Below, one piece after another: positions 49,779-59,282 of a stretch of 64,000 nt of DNA. The notes under the pieces are model-generated. The model did no database searches and was not told where the DNA came from. It was given only the letters and a program-made list of their open reading frames with translations. This DNA comes from a virus. Taxonomy: Duplodnaviria > Caudoviricetes. The stretch covers positions 16,420-80,419 of IMG/VR virus record IMGVR_UViG_2876643526_000002. One strand, given 5' to 3'. Numbering within the stretch: the first letter of the stretch is position 1; each line of letters opens with the position of its first letter. The translations under genes and the position numbers were made by a program.

Positions 49779-50387
49779 TTACTTCCTTAAAGAATCACCT
49801 GTAAAAGGAACTGCTTTTGTTGTTGCTATCAGTCTATCCACAACTCTATCTCCATATCTCTGAGTAAGCTCGTCAATACTGAGGTTTGTGGTAAGGATAA
49901 GCAATTTCCCCTTCTTTTCAGCAGCGTCACAAAGTTCAGCAAATGGCATACGCTTGTTGCCATAAGAGTTAAGATTATCCTCTGTACCAATATCATCAAT
50001 ATAGATAATATGAAGTTTGAGAATTTCATCAATCTTTTGGTTCAACTCTTGTGCGCTAAAGATGTTTACCACCTTTTTATGTACATCTTTAATAAGAAGA
50101 GGAAGGATATACATTCCGATTACCGACTTGCCTAATCCGCAACCGCCGAACATCAATAACCCTTTTCCTTTGTTGTCTGTCATCCAATCAACAATAGGGC
50201 GGTAATTGCGTTCGTTCCATTCTGCATTGCATCCAGACTTCATATTGACTACATATTGCAAGCCTCCACGCAAACGTTTCTCTGCATTAGGAATGCTTAT
50301 TTGTACTCTGTCAATTTCTTGCGGATAACCAGTATCTCGCATCTGAGATACAAGGTTCTTGAAATATTCGCCATCTATTTGTTCCAT
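49779..50387 (-). CDS. DnaC/IstB-like AAA+ helicase loader
   Basis: Walker A GGCGLGKS, IYIDDIG, LILTTNL, RYGDRVVDRL. Confidence 0.85.
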   Translation of the reverse strand: MEQIDGEYFKNLVSQMRDTGYPQEIDRVQISIPNAEKRLRGGLQYVVNMKSGCNAEWNERNYRPIVDWMTDNKGKGLLMFGGCGLGKSVIGMYILPLLIKDVHKKVVNIFSAQELNQKIDEILKLHIIYIDDIGTEDNLNSYGNKRMPFAELCDAAEKKGKLLILTTNLSIDELTQRYGDRVVDRLIATTKAVPFTGDSLRK

Positions 50388-50989
50388 CTATCTAGTCCTT
50401 TTGTGTAATCTTTATTTTTACTATTCTGTAAATTCATACCAACAGGAAGATTGTTGGCTTTCTTATAATGATATTTGTTGTTATTGTTCCACGTAACCAA
50501 TCTGCTTGCAATTTGAAATACTTTCTCCATTTCAAACCGCATTTTTTTTCCACCATTATTCATTTCCGTCCAGTACCGATAGAAATTATTCAGCATATCC
50601 TTTCCGTACTCTTCGAGGTAAGGTTTCAAACTTTCTGCGAAATCTTTCTTTCGTTCCTCGATAGTTTTTTGTGTGTTAGCAAGTGTGTTACTTGATGTGT
50701 TAGCAGCACGTTTCCTACCTTTGTAACTTTTTATATCACAAATAGTTATTACGCTACCTTGGTGTGTTACTTGGTGTGTTAGTATGTGTGTTATATACCA
50801 ATGTTTAAGCAACGTTCTTACAGTTTGCACTCCAATACATAGTTCACTCGAAATCTTGCGGATGCTAACAATCAATGTTCCGTTATCGTCTGCATTTGCT
50901 AGAAGATAAACAAACAAGTTTACGGCATTTGTCCTATCAAGTTTCATTAAATCACAATATTGTTCTTTGCTAATCTTAAAAGAATCCAT
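50375..50989 (-). CDS. Replication initiator (lambda O-like organisation)
   Basis: N-terminal HTH, internal iterons, directly upstream of loader. Confidence 0.75.
   Translation of the reverse strand: MDSFKISKEQYCDLMKLDRTNAVNLFVYLLANADDNGTLIVSIRKISSELCIGVQTVRTLLKHWYITHILTHQVTHQGSVITICDIKSYKGRKRAANTSSNTLANTQKTIEERKKDFAESLKPYLEEYGKDMLNNFYRYWTEMNNGGKKMRFEMEKVFQIASRLVTWNNNNKYHYKKANNLPVGMNLQNSKNKDYTKGLDRWNK
50671..50793. repeat. Iteron array, putative replication origin
   Basis: Six RTGTGTTA copies at 12-bp spacing in two clusters of three. Confidence 0.7.
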
Positions 50990-51017
50990 TGTATTAAAAA
51001 TTGTATGTTACACAATA

Positions 51018-51707
51018 CTACTGCAAGTATTGCTCGTTTTTCTGAATATCATGCTGAATACGAAGCAAATCAGCCTTGTATTTTCTCCATATATGCTTTC
51101 CTGCACTAAAACATTTACCATTACAACAATTTGTTATTCCCGATTGGTAAATACCTGTCATTATGCTTGCCTCTTTAGCACATGTGAATGATGATAAGAA
51201 AACTCCATTTAAATCGTACATATACACAGGTATGGAATGTGGATTTAAAGCTCCTGTCCTTCCTTTTAGCTTTCCACCTCGTTTATGCCCATCTGATATT
51301 TTTCTTCTGACATCTTCCGAACGTGGTTTCCCGTAGTTATGGTTATTGTTGCCTGTTTTAGATACAGACATATGCTTTACGGAAAGCGGATTATTTGAAT
51401 TTTCCTTTTGAGTAACCCATCTGAGGTTTTCGATGCGATTATCCGTTCTTATTGTGTTTATATGGTCGATGTTTGGCTTGTTTTCCTGGTTAGGAATAAA
51501 GGACTCGGCTATCAATCTGTGTACATATCTTTTCTTGAAATACCTTCCAACTTTTAGTCTTACATAAAAATATCCTTGTTTTTTGTCTAAAGAAAATTTT
51601 AGATATGAGAATTTTCCATTTTTAAGTTTGCGCCGTATCTTTCCATAAGAAGAAACTTCATATGGTAAAGACGTTCCTTTTATAAACTTCCAAATTTCTT
51701 CTGTCAT
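51018..51707 (-). CDS. NUMOD4-HNH-NUMOD homing endonuclease
   Basis: YEVSSYG; VHRLIAESFIPN..NIDHINTIRTDNRIENLRW; C-terminal CCNGK..SAGKHIW. Confidence 0.85.
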   Translation of the reverse strand: MTEEIWKFIKGTSLPYEVSSYGKIRRKLKNGKFSYLKFSLDKKQGYFYVRLKVGRYFKKRYVHRLIAESFIPNQENKPNIDHINTIRTDNRIENLRWVTQKENSNNPLSVKHMSVSKTGNNNHNYGKPRSEDVRRKISDGHKRGGKLKGRTGALNPHSIPVYMYDLNGVFLSSFTCAKEASIMTGIYQSGITNCCNGKCFSAGKHIWRKYKADLLRIQHDIQKNEQYLQ

Positions 51708-52138
51708 AAGTATTTCTGATTTCTTTGAACTTCATGTTGCATGTGGAGGATTGCGATATATTCGTCAGATGGAGCGATGTAAACGCCTTGCTCGGCTGCG
51801 AACTTCAAGAATCGGTCTATCGCAAGACTCATTTCATCCTTTGTCAGTTCTGTTGTCGAGCGAAGATACTCACGTTCCACATTTAGAATCTTATCATACC
51901 TCTTGCGAGCAAAAAGTTCATGGTTACAATAATTCTTGAAATAGGCATCCTTGACTTCTTGCATTGGCAAACCGATTTGAAGAGCAAAGTATGATATTGC
52001 TAAATGACAATAGGCGTTCTGATTAAGAGAACGAGCCTTCTTTTCAGTCAACTCTACCATACTTTTACTCTCTTCAAGTTTATTCACCCTAAGTTTGAAT
52101 GATTCCAACTCCAAACTGTTAGATAAATCGTACATCAT
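51704..52138 (-). CDS. NinB-like protein
   Basis: RSLNQNAYCH..LRSTTELTKDEM. Confidence 0.6.
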   Translation of the reverse strand: MMYDLSNSLELESFKLRVNKLEESKSMVELTEKKARSLNQNAYCHLAISYFALQIGLPMQEVKDAYFKNYCNHELFARKRYDKILNVEREYLRSTTELTKDEMSLAIDRFLKFAAEQGVYIAPSDEYIAILHMQHEVQRNQKYL

Positions 52139-52189
52139 ATCTCAACCGCATTAAACGCTTGTTTTATCATTTCCACCTTACACCTTATA

Positions 52190-52645
52190 TCAAAATGGTA
52201 AATCCGAACTATCCCCTTGCTGCTGTGCTGACTGCTGTGCAGGTGGAAACAGATTTTGCTGATTCGTCGGGTTTGCCACGCCAGCAGCATTAGCAGAACT
52301 TGCCATAGCTTGTTGTGCCGCCTGTGCGCCAGACTGAACATTGCCACAATAGCCACCACCTTGTGCAGCAGCTTGTTGTGATACCTTAGTAACATTCCAA
52401 GCACGAATCTGATTAAAATATCTACCCTGATATTCATGTGCATCAATATCAAAGCTAACGTTAATAACCTCGCCAGAATGAATGCCAAAACTAGCAATTC
52501 TATCCGCTCCAAAAACATCAAAAGCCATCTTTTTTGGATATTGCTCTTGTGTTTCTATTACATAGGTCTGAGATTTCCACTCACCTCTTGCAGATACGCC
52601 GCTTCTTTCAGGTAAAACGGCAATAACTTTTCCTTGAATTTCCAT
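52190..52645 (-). CDS. DUF3127-family ssDNA-binding protein
   Basis: MEIQGKVI..QYPKKMAFDVFG..FDIDAHEY.GRYFN.IRAW; acidic DLPF tail. Confidence 0.85.
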   Translation of the reverse strand: MEIQGKVIAVLPERSGVSARGEWKSQTYVIETQEQYPKKMAFDVFGADRIASFGIHSGEVINVSFDIDAHEYQGRYFNQIRAWNVTKVSQQAAAQGGGYCGNVQSGAQAAQQAMASSANAAGVANPTNQQNLFPPAQQSAQQQGDSSDLPF

Positions 52646-54042
52646 TATTTTTTATTTAAAGAATTTTTTAAAACCAAATCAGCCAACTCATCAAAGTAGG
52701 CAACATCCTTAATAGCGGAATCTTGCTCACCAGTAACCTTTGATGCTATAGAACCTTTCTTCATAATCAAACTATAAAGATAACTGTCAATAGTATTAAT
52801 TCCCATCAGAATCCACGATGTAACAGCATTCTTCTGTCCGTTACGATAAGCACGGCATTCACACTGAGATAAGTCTGCCATCGTCCAAGGTAACTCCGTG
52901 AATACGACATTCGATGAAGCCGTAAGAGTCAATCCTACACCAGCAGCCTTAATGGAACAGATGATTATTCTTTTTTTCTTAGCTTGGAAAGAGTCAATAG
53001 CCCATTGTTTTTGCTGCTGATTATCAGAACCAGTAACGGAACATACCTCATTAGGAAACTCCTTTTTGATTGCATCAACAACATCACGATGTTCTGCAAA
53101 CACAATTATCTGTTCTTCCGTATCATGTAGAAACTCGATTGTTGCTTTCATCTTTCCCTTTCCAGATATAGAACGAAGATTCATAAATTTAACTAATGTC
53201 TTCATTCGTAGCTTTTTTCTAGCTTCATCCTCAGAACAATTCTTATATTCAAGAAGGAATGTAAGCAGGTCTTTCTGACAAGTATCATACTCTTCTTGTG
53301 TTTCAGAATCAAGAGTAACACTAATTGTTGTTCTTGTTAGTTCAGGCAAATCTTTGAGCACATCTTTCTTTTCCCTACGGAAGTAACATGTTTCGTGAAT
53401 CTTTTGATTAAGCTCTTCGAGATTCTCGTTTTCTCCATATCTATTACAGAACTCGCCATATCCGCCAAATTCATCAATTCTACCAAGAATAGCCAACTGA
53501 CAAGCCATATCAGTAGCATGGTTAACCACAGGCGTACCTGTCAGCTCGTAGATATATTCCTTACCTTGGCAAATACCCATTATTATTTTTGACTGCCTTG
53601 TCGTTGGGTCTTTAACTCTTGCAGACTCATCAATAATGACCGATTTCAGAATATCGACCTCATTCCTAAAAATGAAATTTTTAAGCTTTAACGGCTTTTC
53701 TCCGAGTGATACAACAAAATATTTAGCAAGAGACTCGTAATTGCATATAACCACATCATACAAATCCATCTTAGTAAGATGATAGCCGTATGTTGCGTTT
53801 ACAGAATCCGTAAGGATAAGCGGACGAAGATTTGTGAATTTCTTGATTTCACGTTCCCAATTAACTTTGAGGGCAGCAGGGCAAATAACCAAGCAAGGAG
53901 TCGCTTTTGCACGTTCAATGGCAACGATAGATTGAACCGTCTTGCCAGTTCCCATATCGTCACCATTTATGCAACGCTTCATAGCGAGTTCCATGCGTAC
54001 ACCCTCTTCTTGATAATCGTATAATTTTGGTTTATCTGACAT
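52645..54042 (-). CDS. SNF2-family helicase
   Basis: YDYQEEG, GDDMGTGKT, IIDES, LTGTP, QCECRAYRNGQ. Confidence 0.9.
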   Translation of the reverse strand: MSDKPKLYDYQEEGVRMELAMKRCINGDDMGTGKTVQSIVAIERAKATPCLVICPAALKVNWEREIKKFTNLRPLILTDSVNATYGYHLTKMDLYDVVICNYESLAKYFVVSLGEKPLKLKNFIFRNEVDILKSVIIDESARVKDPTTRQSKIIMGICQGKEYIYELTGTPVVNHATDMACQLAILGRIDEFGGYGEFCNRYGENENLEELNQKIHETCYFRREKKDVLKDLPELTRTTISVTLDSETQEEYDTCQKDLLTFLLEYKNCSEDEARKKLRMKTLVKFMNLRSISGKGKMKATIEFLHDTEEQIIVFAEHRDVVDAIKKEFPNEVCSVTGSDNQQQKQWAIDSFQAKKKRIIICSIKAAGVGLTLTASSNVVFTELPWTMADLSQCECRAYRNGQKNAVTSWILMGINTIDSYLYSLIMKKGSIASKVTGEQDSAIKDVAYFDELADLVLKNSLNKK

Positions 54043-54050
54043 AATAATAA

Positions 54051-54731
54051 TTATAATAAACACCACATTCTGAAAGCCCATTCAAGAGCCTTCTCTCTAC
54101 CACGCAAATACAACTCGTCACCACGTTCAATCTTTTTGTAGAATACTTTCTTCTTAGTCTTTGAGACTGCAAAGATAAAGTCTTGATTTCCGTATCTAGG
54201 GTCAATGCTGTGCGTCAAGTCCATATACCATGCACGGCTTCTATCCCAGTCCACGAAATCAATCTGAGCTTCAAATTGTTCTTGTGACGTAGCTGCGGTA
54301 GTTTTCAAGTCTCCGCCAAACTCGCCAAGCCACCAGTCGAACTTACATCGTACAGGCAGTTCAAACTCGAAGCCTTGATATTCCATCTTCATGTGTGGAT
54401 TGATGAATGTTTTCTGACCGACCGCATTTTTCAAAACAAAATCAAGAAATCTGTCCTTTGTTGCTTGTTTCTTTAATACCGCAAGTCTGTCTAATCCCCA
54501 TTTCCAATCTTTCTCTGTGTATTTCTCATCATCAACCGTCATAGCATAATGATTACACTTTTCTGGTTCGGTAACGAGAGCATCAACGAGAGTGCCAAGA
54601 TGGAATGCCTTTTTCTTGTCTGATTCCTTAACGAAGTTAAGTTGTGGGTTAAGAGCGAACTTCAATGCGGTGAGGTCTGAGTTGGAAACCTCACCACGTG
54701 AATAATAAGGGTCAAACGGTTGCTCTGCCAT
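54051..54731 (-). CDS. RecE-like PD-(D/E)XK exonuclease
   Basis: SNSDL..FHLGTL..RCKFDW..DLKTT; near RecT. Confidence 0.75.
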   Translation of the reverse strand: MAEQPFDPYYSRGEVSNSDLTALKFALNPQLNFVKESDKKKAFHLGTLVDALVTEPEKCNHYAMTVDDEKYTEKDWKWGLDRLAVLKKQATKDRFLDFVLKNAVGQKTFINPHMKMEYQGFEFELPVRCKFDWWLGEFGGDLKTTAATSQEQFEAQIDFVDWDRSRAWYMDLTHSIDPRYGNQDFIFAVSKTKKKVFYKKIERGDELYLRGREKALEWAFRMWCLL

Positions 54732-54732
54732 A

Positions 54733-56202
54733 TTACTTAGCTGTTACTTCATCCTCATATTTAATATAAGGGGAAACGATATACTCCTCCTCATTGTTAG
54801 CATGTTTCTCGCAAGCTTTGCGCATAAACTCCAACTTAGATGCAAGTTTGTCAGGTGACATAGAAGAGCCTTCAATCGTCCACCACTGCTGAATAATATC
54901 GAGCCAAGCGTTTTTGTCAGTAACGATAAGACGTTTTGTGACCTTTATTTTCTGCTTACTTGTGTTATCAACAGAAGTCTGAGCGAAAAGTGACTGAGCT
55001 TGTGCAGTAGCATGTTGTGCAGCGTTTTCAGCATCACGTTTCTCTTGCTCTGCTGCAAGCTTGCGTTGTTGCTCTTCCTTGGCGGCTTCATCAGCCTTAC
55101 GGATAGCTTCTTCCTTAGCCTTACGTTCAGCCTCAGCAGCGGCAGCTTCTGCCTCCTTGCGTTTGCGTTCTTCTTCGGCAGCTTTCAGTTCTGCCTCCTT
55201 GCGTTTGCGTTCTTCTTCGGCAGCTTTCAGTTCTGCCTCCTTGCGCTTGCGTTCCTCCTCATCTTTGATGCGTTGGATTTCTTCTTGCTTTTTACGCTCT
55301 TCCTCGGCAGCCTTACGTGCTTCCTCTTCCTTGCGTTTGCGTTCCTCCTCTGCCTTACGTGCTTCCTCTTCCTTACGTTTGCGTTCCTCTTCTGCCTTCT
55401 TGATTTCAAGAAGTTCAGCAATCTTAGAATCAAACTTCATAAGGAGTTCATCACGTGTAGCAGTGACAGTCTGCTTATAAGACGCAAGCAACGATGCGGA
55501 AATTTCCTTGTATGCGCCGTTCATAATATCCTTTGCGTCATTCTCCTCAATTTCAGAAGAGTATGATGGCTTGTTATTAACGAACAGATGTCCGAGGTCA
55601 AGAACATCAGAACACTCTGTAATACGTTTCTTAACTTCATCCTTGTTATCAAGGGTAAGAAGAGAGAACGTATTATTAAGTGAGTTGATAGCAGCAGAAG
55701 AATGCTCAGTAAGAAGATTGTTGAGCGTATCAATAGTATCTGTCTTCAACTTAATCTTAGCCTCCTTAATGCGCTCTTGTCGCAAGCGTTCTTGCTCTGC
55801 TTTCTTCTGCTGTTCTAGCTTGTAGGCAGCATACTCATTGCGCTTCTCCTGAATCTTATAGACAACTGAATCTGTATTCTTGGCAGAGATAAGGCTCTCC
55901 ATCATCGTAAATCCTTTACGGACAATATCGAACACTTGGGTAACACCCTTACGTTTCTCTGTCATTGCTTTCTCTGTCAGTTTAGCCTTCTTGATAAATT
56001 CAGCAGCTTTCTCGTCAAGAGCATCATTCATACCAGACGCACTAATATCAGACAGAAGAGATTCACCTGCCTGAACACATGCCTCATAAGACTTTCTGTT
56101 AGCTTGCACCGCATTTTCTGTATCGGATTTGAGCGTTGCAATCTGTCTTGTAATATTGTTTGCTTGTTGTTGTACCAACTGCAATTCTGTATTTTCAGCC
56201 AT
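54733..56202 (-). CDS. Coiled-coil protein with E/R/K-rich repeats
   Basis: EEERKRKE repeats; between RecT and exonuclease. Confidence 0.8.
   Translation of the reverse strand: MAENTELQLVQQQANNITRQIATLKSDTENAVQANRKSYEACVQAGESLLSDISASGMNDALDEKAAEFIKKAKLTEKAMTEKRKGVTQVFDIVRKGFTMMESLISAKNTDSVVYKIQEKRNEYAAYKLEQQKKAEQERLRQERIKEAKIKLKTDTIDTLNNLLTEHSSAAINSLNNTFSLLTLDNKDEVKKRITECSDVLDLGHLFVNNKPSYSSEIEENDAKDIMNGAYKEISASLLASYKQTVTATRDELLMKFDSKIAELLEIKKAEEERKRKEEEARKAEEERKRKEEEARKAAEEERKKQEEIQRIKDEEERKRKEAELKAAEEERKRKEAELKAAEEERKRKEAEAAAAEAERKAKEEAIRKADEAAKEEQQRKLAAEQEKRDAENAAQHATAQAQSLFAQTSVDNTSKQKIKVTKRLIVTDKNAWLDIIQQWWTIEGSSMSPDKLASKLEFMRKACEKHANNEEEYIVSPYIKYEDEVTAK
55147..55393. repeat. 42-bp tandem repeats
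   Basis: Exact duplicate 55147-55188/55189-55230; near-duplicate 55310-55351/55352-55393. Confidence 0.85.
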
Positions 56203-56212
56203 ACTTTATATA

Positions 56213-57103
56213 TTAAAATGGAGAATCATCGTCAACCTTTGCCTTAACACCATTTTTCTGTGTTTCAGCTTGCGAAGCACCAAATGCTTCTTGTTGTTGC
56301 TGTTGCTGTTGTTGAGGTTGGCTGTCAACATCAGCTTGCAACATACCACCAAGACCGACAGGTAACTTAGGATAAGTCTTAAAAGCATGCTTACAAGTCT
56401 TAGAGATAAGGAATCCTGTATCAATATCCTTGAAGTACATTTTGCCATCATTACCAGTATAACTACCTCCATATAGAGCGTTAGCCTTGTGGTCTTGACC
56501 GCCAAATTTAGCAGAATATTCACGCAATCTGTCGATACCTTCACGGTCAAGAACGAAGTAATCGTATGAGTTATTTGGAAGGATAATCTTTACGTAACAA
56601 GCAACGATACGTGAATTTGCTGGTCGTGGATAGGTCTTCACATAATCAACAAATTTATGACCGTCACGCTCACCGAAGCGGAAATCATCGCAATCATATA
56701 CCACTACAGGGTTGTCACAACGAAGAATCTGTCCAGCCCTTTGACGAAGAAGAATCTCACCATATCCTGTATATGTAATCTTAGCCGTATAAGTTGATTG
56801 TCGGGTGTTCTTGTCGTAGTTGCTATAACCCATAAGATAACAGAGTGTCGTAGTTCCCTTTTCGAGAGACAATCCGTTAATCGCCAAGTTCATGAAAGCA
56901 TCGTGAATATTCAACGATGTAGCTTTTTCGAGATAACCCTTAAATGAGCCGTTGAGAAGCTCATTATTAAACAGAGCCTTCTGTTCTTCAAAGAACACTT
57001 CTCCACCCTCTCCGAACTTCTGATTGTACACCTCAATAAACTTATCTCTTGCCAAGTCGCAAATCTGATTATGAGGCGTTTTATTTAACTGTTCTATATC
57101 CAT
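56213..57103 (-). CDS. recT: RecT-family ssDNA annealing protein
   Basis: LAINGLSL..CYL..ITYTGYGEILL..VVYDCDDF..KTCKHAFKTYP. Confidence 0.8.
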   Translation of the reverse strand: MDIEQLNKTPHNQICDLARDKFIEVYNQKFGEGGEVFFEEQKALFNNELLNGSFKGYLEKATSLNIHDAFMNLAINGLSLEKGTTTLCYLMGYSNYDKNTRQSTYTAKITYTGYGEILLRQRAGQILRCDNPVVVYDCDDFRFGERDGHKFVDYVKTYPRPANSRIVACYVKIILPNNSYDYFVLDREGIDRLREYSAKFGGQDHKANALYGGSYTGNDGKMYFKDIDTGFLISKTCKHAFKTYPKLPVGLGGMLQADVDSQPQQQQQQQQEAFGASQAETQKNGVKAKVDDDSPF

Positions 57104-57120
57104 TTGTATAGATTTTAAAA

Positions 57121-57381
57121 TTAGTGAACTCTATCAATATAACTAAAGTACGTCTCCACCATTACCGAGCCAGTAGATGTAGGTCTTTCGTAATAATGTG
57201 GAATCGTACCTAACTTTCTGCCATCACCATCTTGGTAATTCAGAAAAATAGCTCTAGCCGCCACTTCTCTTGACTTGTTTGCAGTAAGTTCCATCAAGCA
57301 AGCGTGCAACTTGCGTTGATGGATTACTGCATTAGCCATTTTTGACGGCATAGATGCTATAAGTTTGTCGATTCTACTCAT
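57121..57381 (-). CDS. Hypothetical protein
   Basis: Start placed at MSRIDKL, overlapping upstream stop. Confidence 0.55.
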   Translation of the reverse strand: MSRIDKLIASMPSKMANAVIHQRKLHACLMELTANKSREVAARAIFLNYQDGDGRKLGTIPHYYERPTSTGSVMVETYFSYIDRVH

Positions 57382-57853
57382 TCTTTTCCTCTTTGTTTTC
57401 GGAAGATGGGGCGTGATGCTCGAAGACATCGAATACCTTAGTTTCGTTAAGACCTACGATGTCGTAATCAATCATAGTCTTGCCCATCACCTCATCAACG
57501 TATCGAAGAGCACGTGCCAACGACTTAGCCTGAACCAAGTAAGTAACGTTAGAACGCTTCTCCTTCTCACTCTTCTCATCAATAGTGATAAACTGACACT
57601 TTGCCTTGTACCACTTATCATCATCATCCAAGTCAGAGAAGAAAATCTCGCCATAGTTGGTTTTCTTTGCGCTTGTAACGGCAGAATCACCACTAATATA
57701 GCAACTCATTTCATCAATGATAGATGTTTCTGCCTCGGTGCAAGAAAGTGCATCAACAACATAAAGTTCGTTGACAACTTTTTCCGAGCCATCCTCCATC
57801 GTCTTTTGGTACTTGATTCTAGTCTCATACCAAGATGCTGTTCTTGCTCTCAT
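57374..57853 (-). CDS. DUF4494-like protein
   Basis: WYETRIKYQKT.EDG..K.V.ELYVVDALSCTEAE. Confidence 0.8.
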   Translation of the reverse strand: MRARTASWYETRIKYQKTMEDGSEKVVNELYVVDALSCTEAETSIIDEMSCYISGDSAVTSAKKTNYGEIFFSDLDDDDKWYKAKCQFITIDEKSEKEKRSNVTYLVQAKSLARALRYVDEVMGKTMIDYDIVGLNETKVFDVFEHHAPSSENKEEKNE

Positions 57854-58239
57854 TACTCACCATCCTTTCCATTATCAGCCAAAGAAGCAATCTTATCAAA
57901 GAGTTCTTTGGCAACATCGCCTTTGATTTCGATGCACTTTACGTTGCCGTCACCATCGTTGTCACCATCACCGTCACCTTCACCATTGTGGAGTGTTTCG
58001 TTTTCGCTCTCCAGGCGTTTGCGAAGAGCCAAATTCTCGTTGTTGTGCAACAACTGGTCGAGAATCAGTACACAGTTTGTCTTCTCAATTTCTTTGTCAT
58101 TGCGAACAACCTCATCAGTACCATTGATGATTTTCACCAATTCCTCGTACTCTTCCTTGGTCTCACAGTTACGTGCGACACAACCGATAACCTTAAAGCG
58201 GTCAATCTCGAAAACCAACTTAATTTTGTCTTTTGCCAT
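57853..58239 (-). CDS. Hypothetical protein with GD repeats
   Basis: GEGDGDGDNDGDGN. Confidence 0.7.
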   Translation of the reverse strand: MAKDKIKLVFEIDRFKVIGCVARNCETKEEYEELVKIINGTDEVVRNDKEIEKTNCVLILDQLLHNNENLALRKRLESENETLHNGEGDGDGDNDGDGNVKCIEIKGDVAKELFDKIASLADNGKDGE

Positions 58240-58654
58240 AATAGCTACATATTTAATTAATTAAACAATAATAATATTTCTCTTTCTACTCTTTTCTTTT
58301 TGCATCGCTTTACGCTAGCCTTGCAAAGTTCAGTATTATTTCTGTAATAATCTCTTTGCTTTTGCAGTCTTTCTTCACGATTTCTCATATATCTTTCGTG
58401 GTCGAGCTGGCTACGCCTTGATTCGCTTCTCATTTTGCTAATCTTCTTTATCCCAACCTAGCATCATCGCTATTGCGCCAGCAACTGCGAACATAAGAGC
58501 GGTTGCAGCAAGCGCAAATAAAATTATACTCATAAATCAAAACATTTGATAACTTTCTTGCCGCATACAGTCTTGCTTGCGAAGTTGATTATCTCAGCAG
58601 CAACTACAAGAACAAGCATAACAACGAGATAGCATATATAATACATACCTTTCA

Positions 58655-58906
58655 TTATCCAAAAGTTTTTTTAATCTTTTCTATCTTTTCAGAATTTAAT
58701 CTACGATAACAATCGAAGTAACCAGTTACATATATGGAGAATAGATTCAAAGCTCTCATATTAAAGTAACCATCGTCACAAAAATCCAATATCTTACAAA
58801 CTAACGACCAAGGCTCATTTGGGTCTAATCCCATAATTTTCATACGCTCAAAATCGCCTTTTGTCAATGGGTCTTTCTTTAATTCTTCAATCGTTAATCT
58901 CGCCAT
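58655..58906 (-). CDS. Hypothetical protein
   Basis: Start placed at MARLTIEE; the upstream extension overlaps structured RNA. Confidence 0.6.
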   Translation of the reverse strand: MARLTIEELKKDPLTKGDFERMKIMGLDPNEPWSLVCKILDFCDDGYFNMRALNLFSIYVTGYFDCYRRLNSEKIEKIKKTFG

Positions 58907-58934
58907 TATACACCTCCCAGACTTTGAAAAAAAT

Positions 58935-59247
58935 GAGCCTCGGCAGTTGGCAAAATTTAAGTGATGAATCCTACAAGGATTGTATTGACTATTTCCCGAT
59001 GGTCGGTCGGAACTGCCTTGGCTCGTTAAACATTGACCTACTCTAAAGACATCTAAAGTACCGATGATAGCCACCAAATTTCAAGAGTGCTACTATTTCT
59101 AGCAGTGTCGTACCATTATCGTTCTTGCCCAAGGAACACTATCATCGGTTGGGCTTGATTATGAAAGAAAATAATATCCAAAGAATAATCGGTGCAGTGC
59201 TCAGACTATTACATAGTGAACATCACGCAAGTTCCACCACACCGATT
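58935..59247 (-). ncRNA. Candidate structured RNA, three multi-stem domains
   Basis: Closing stems of 11-14 bp at 59187-59247, 59060-59149 and 58935-59024. Confidence 0.45.
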
Positions 59248-59282
59248 CACGTGAATTGCATATATAATGGGCAAATGAAAAA

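Noticed and set aside
58907-59077. N-terminal extension of ORF 58655..59077
   Set aside because: Overlaps structured RNA and a T7 tract; a better start with GGGAGG lies at 58906
59060-59160. Twister, pistol or HDV-like ribozyme (AAGCCC with GGGC pseudoknot)
   Set aside because: Element order and spacing do not fit those folds; kept only as an unassigned structured RNA
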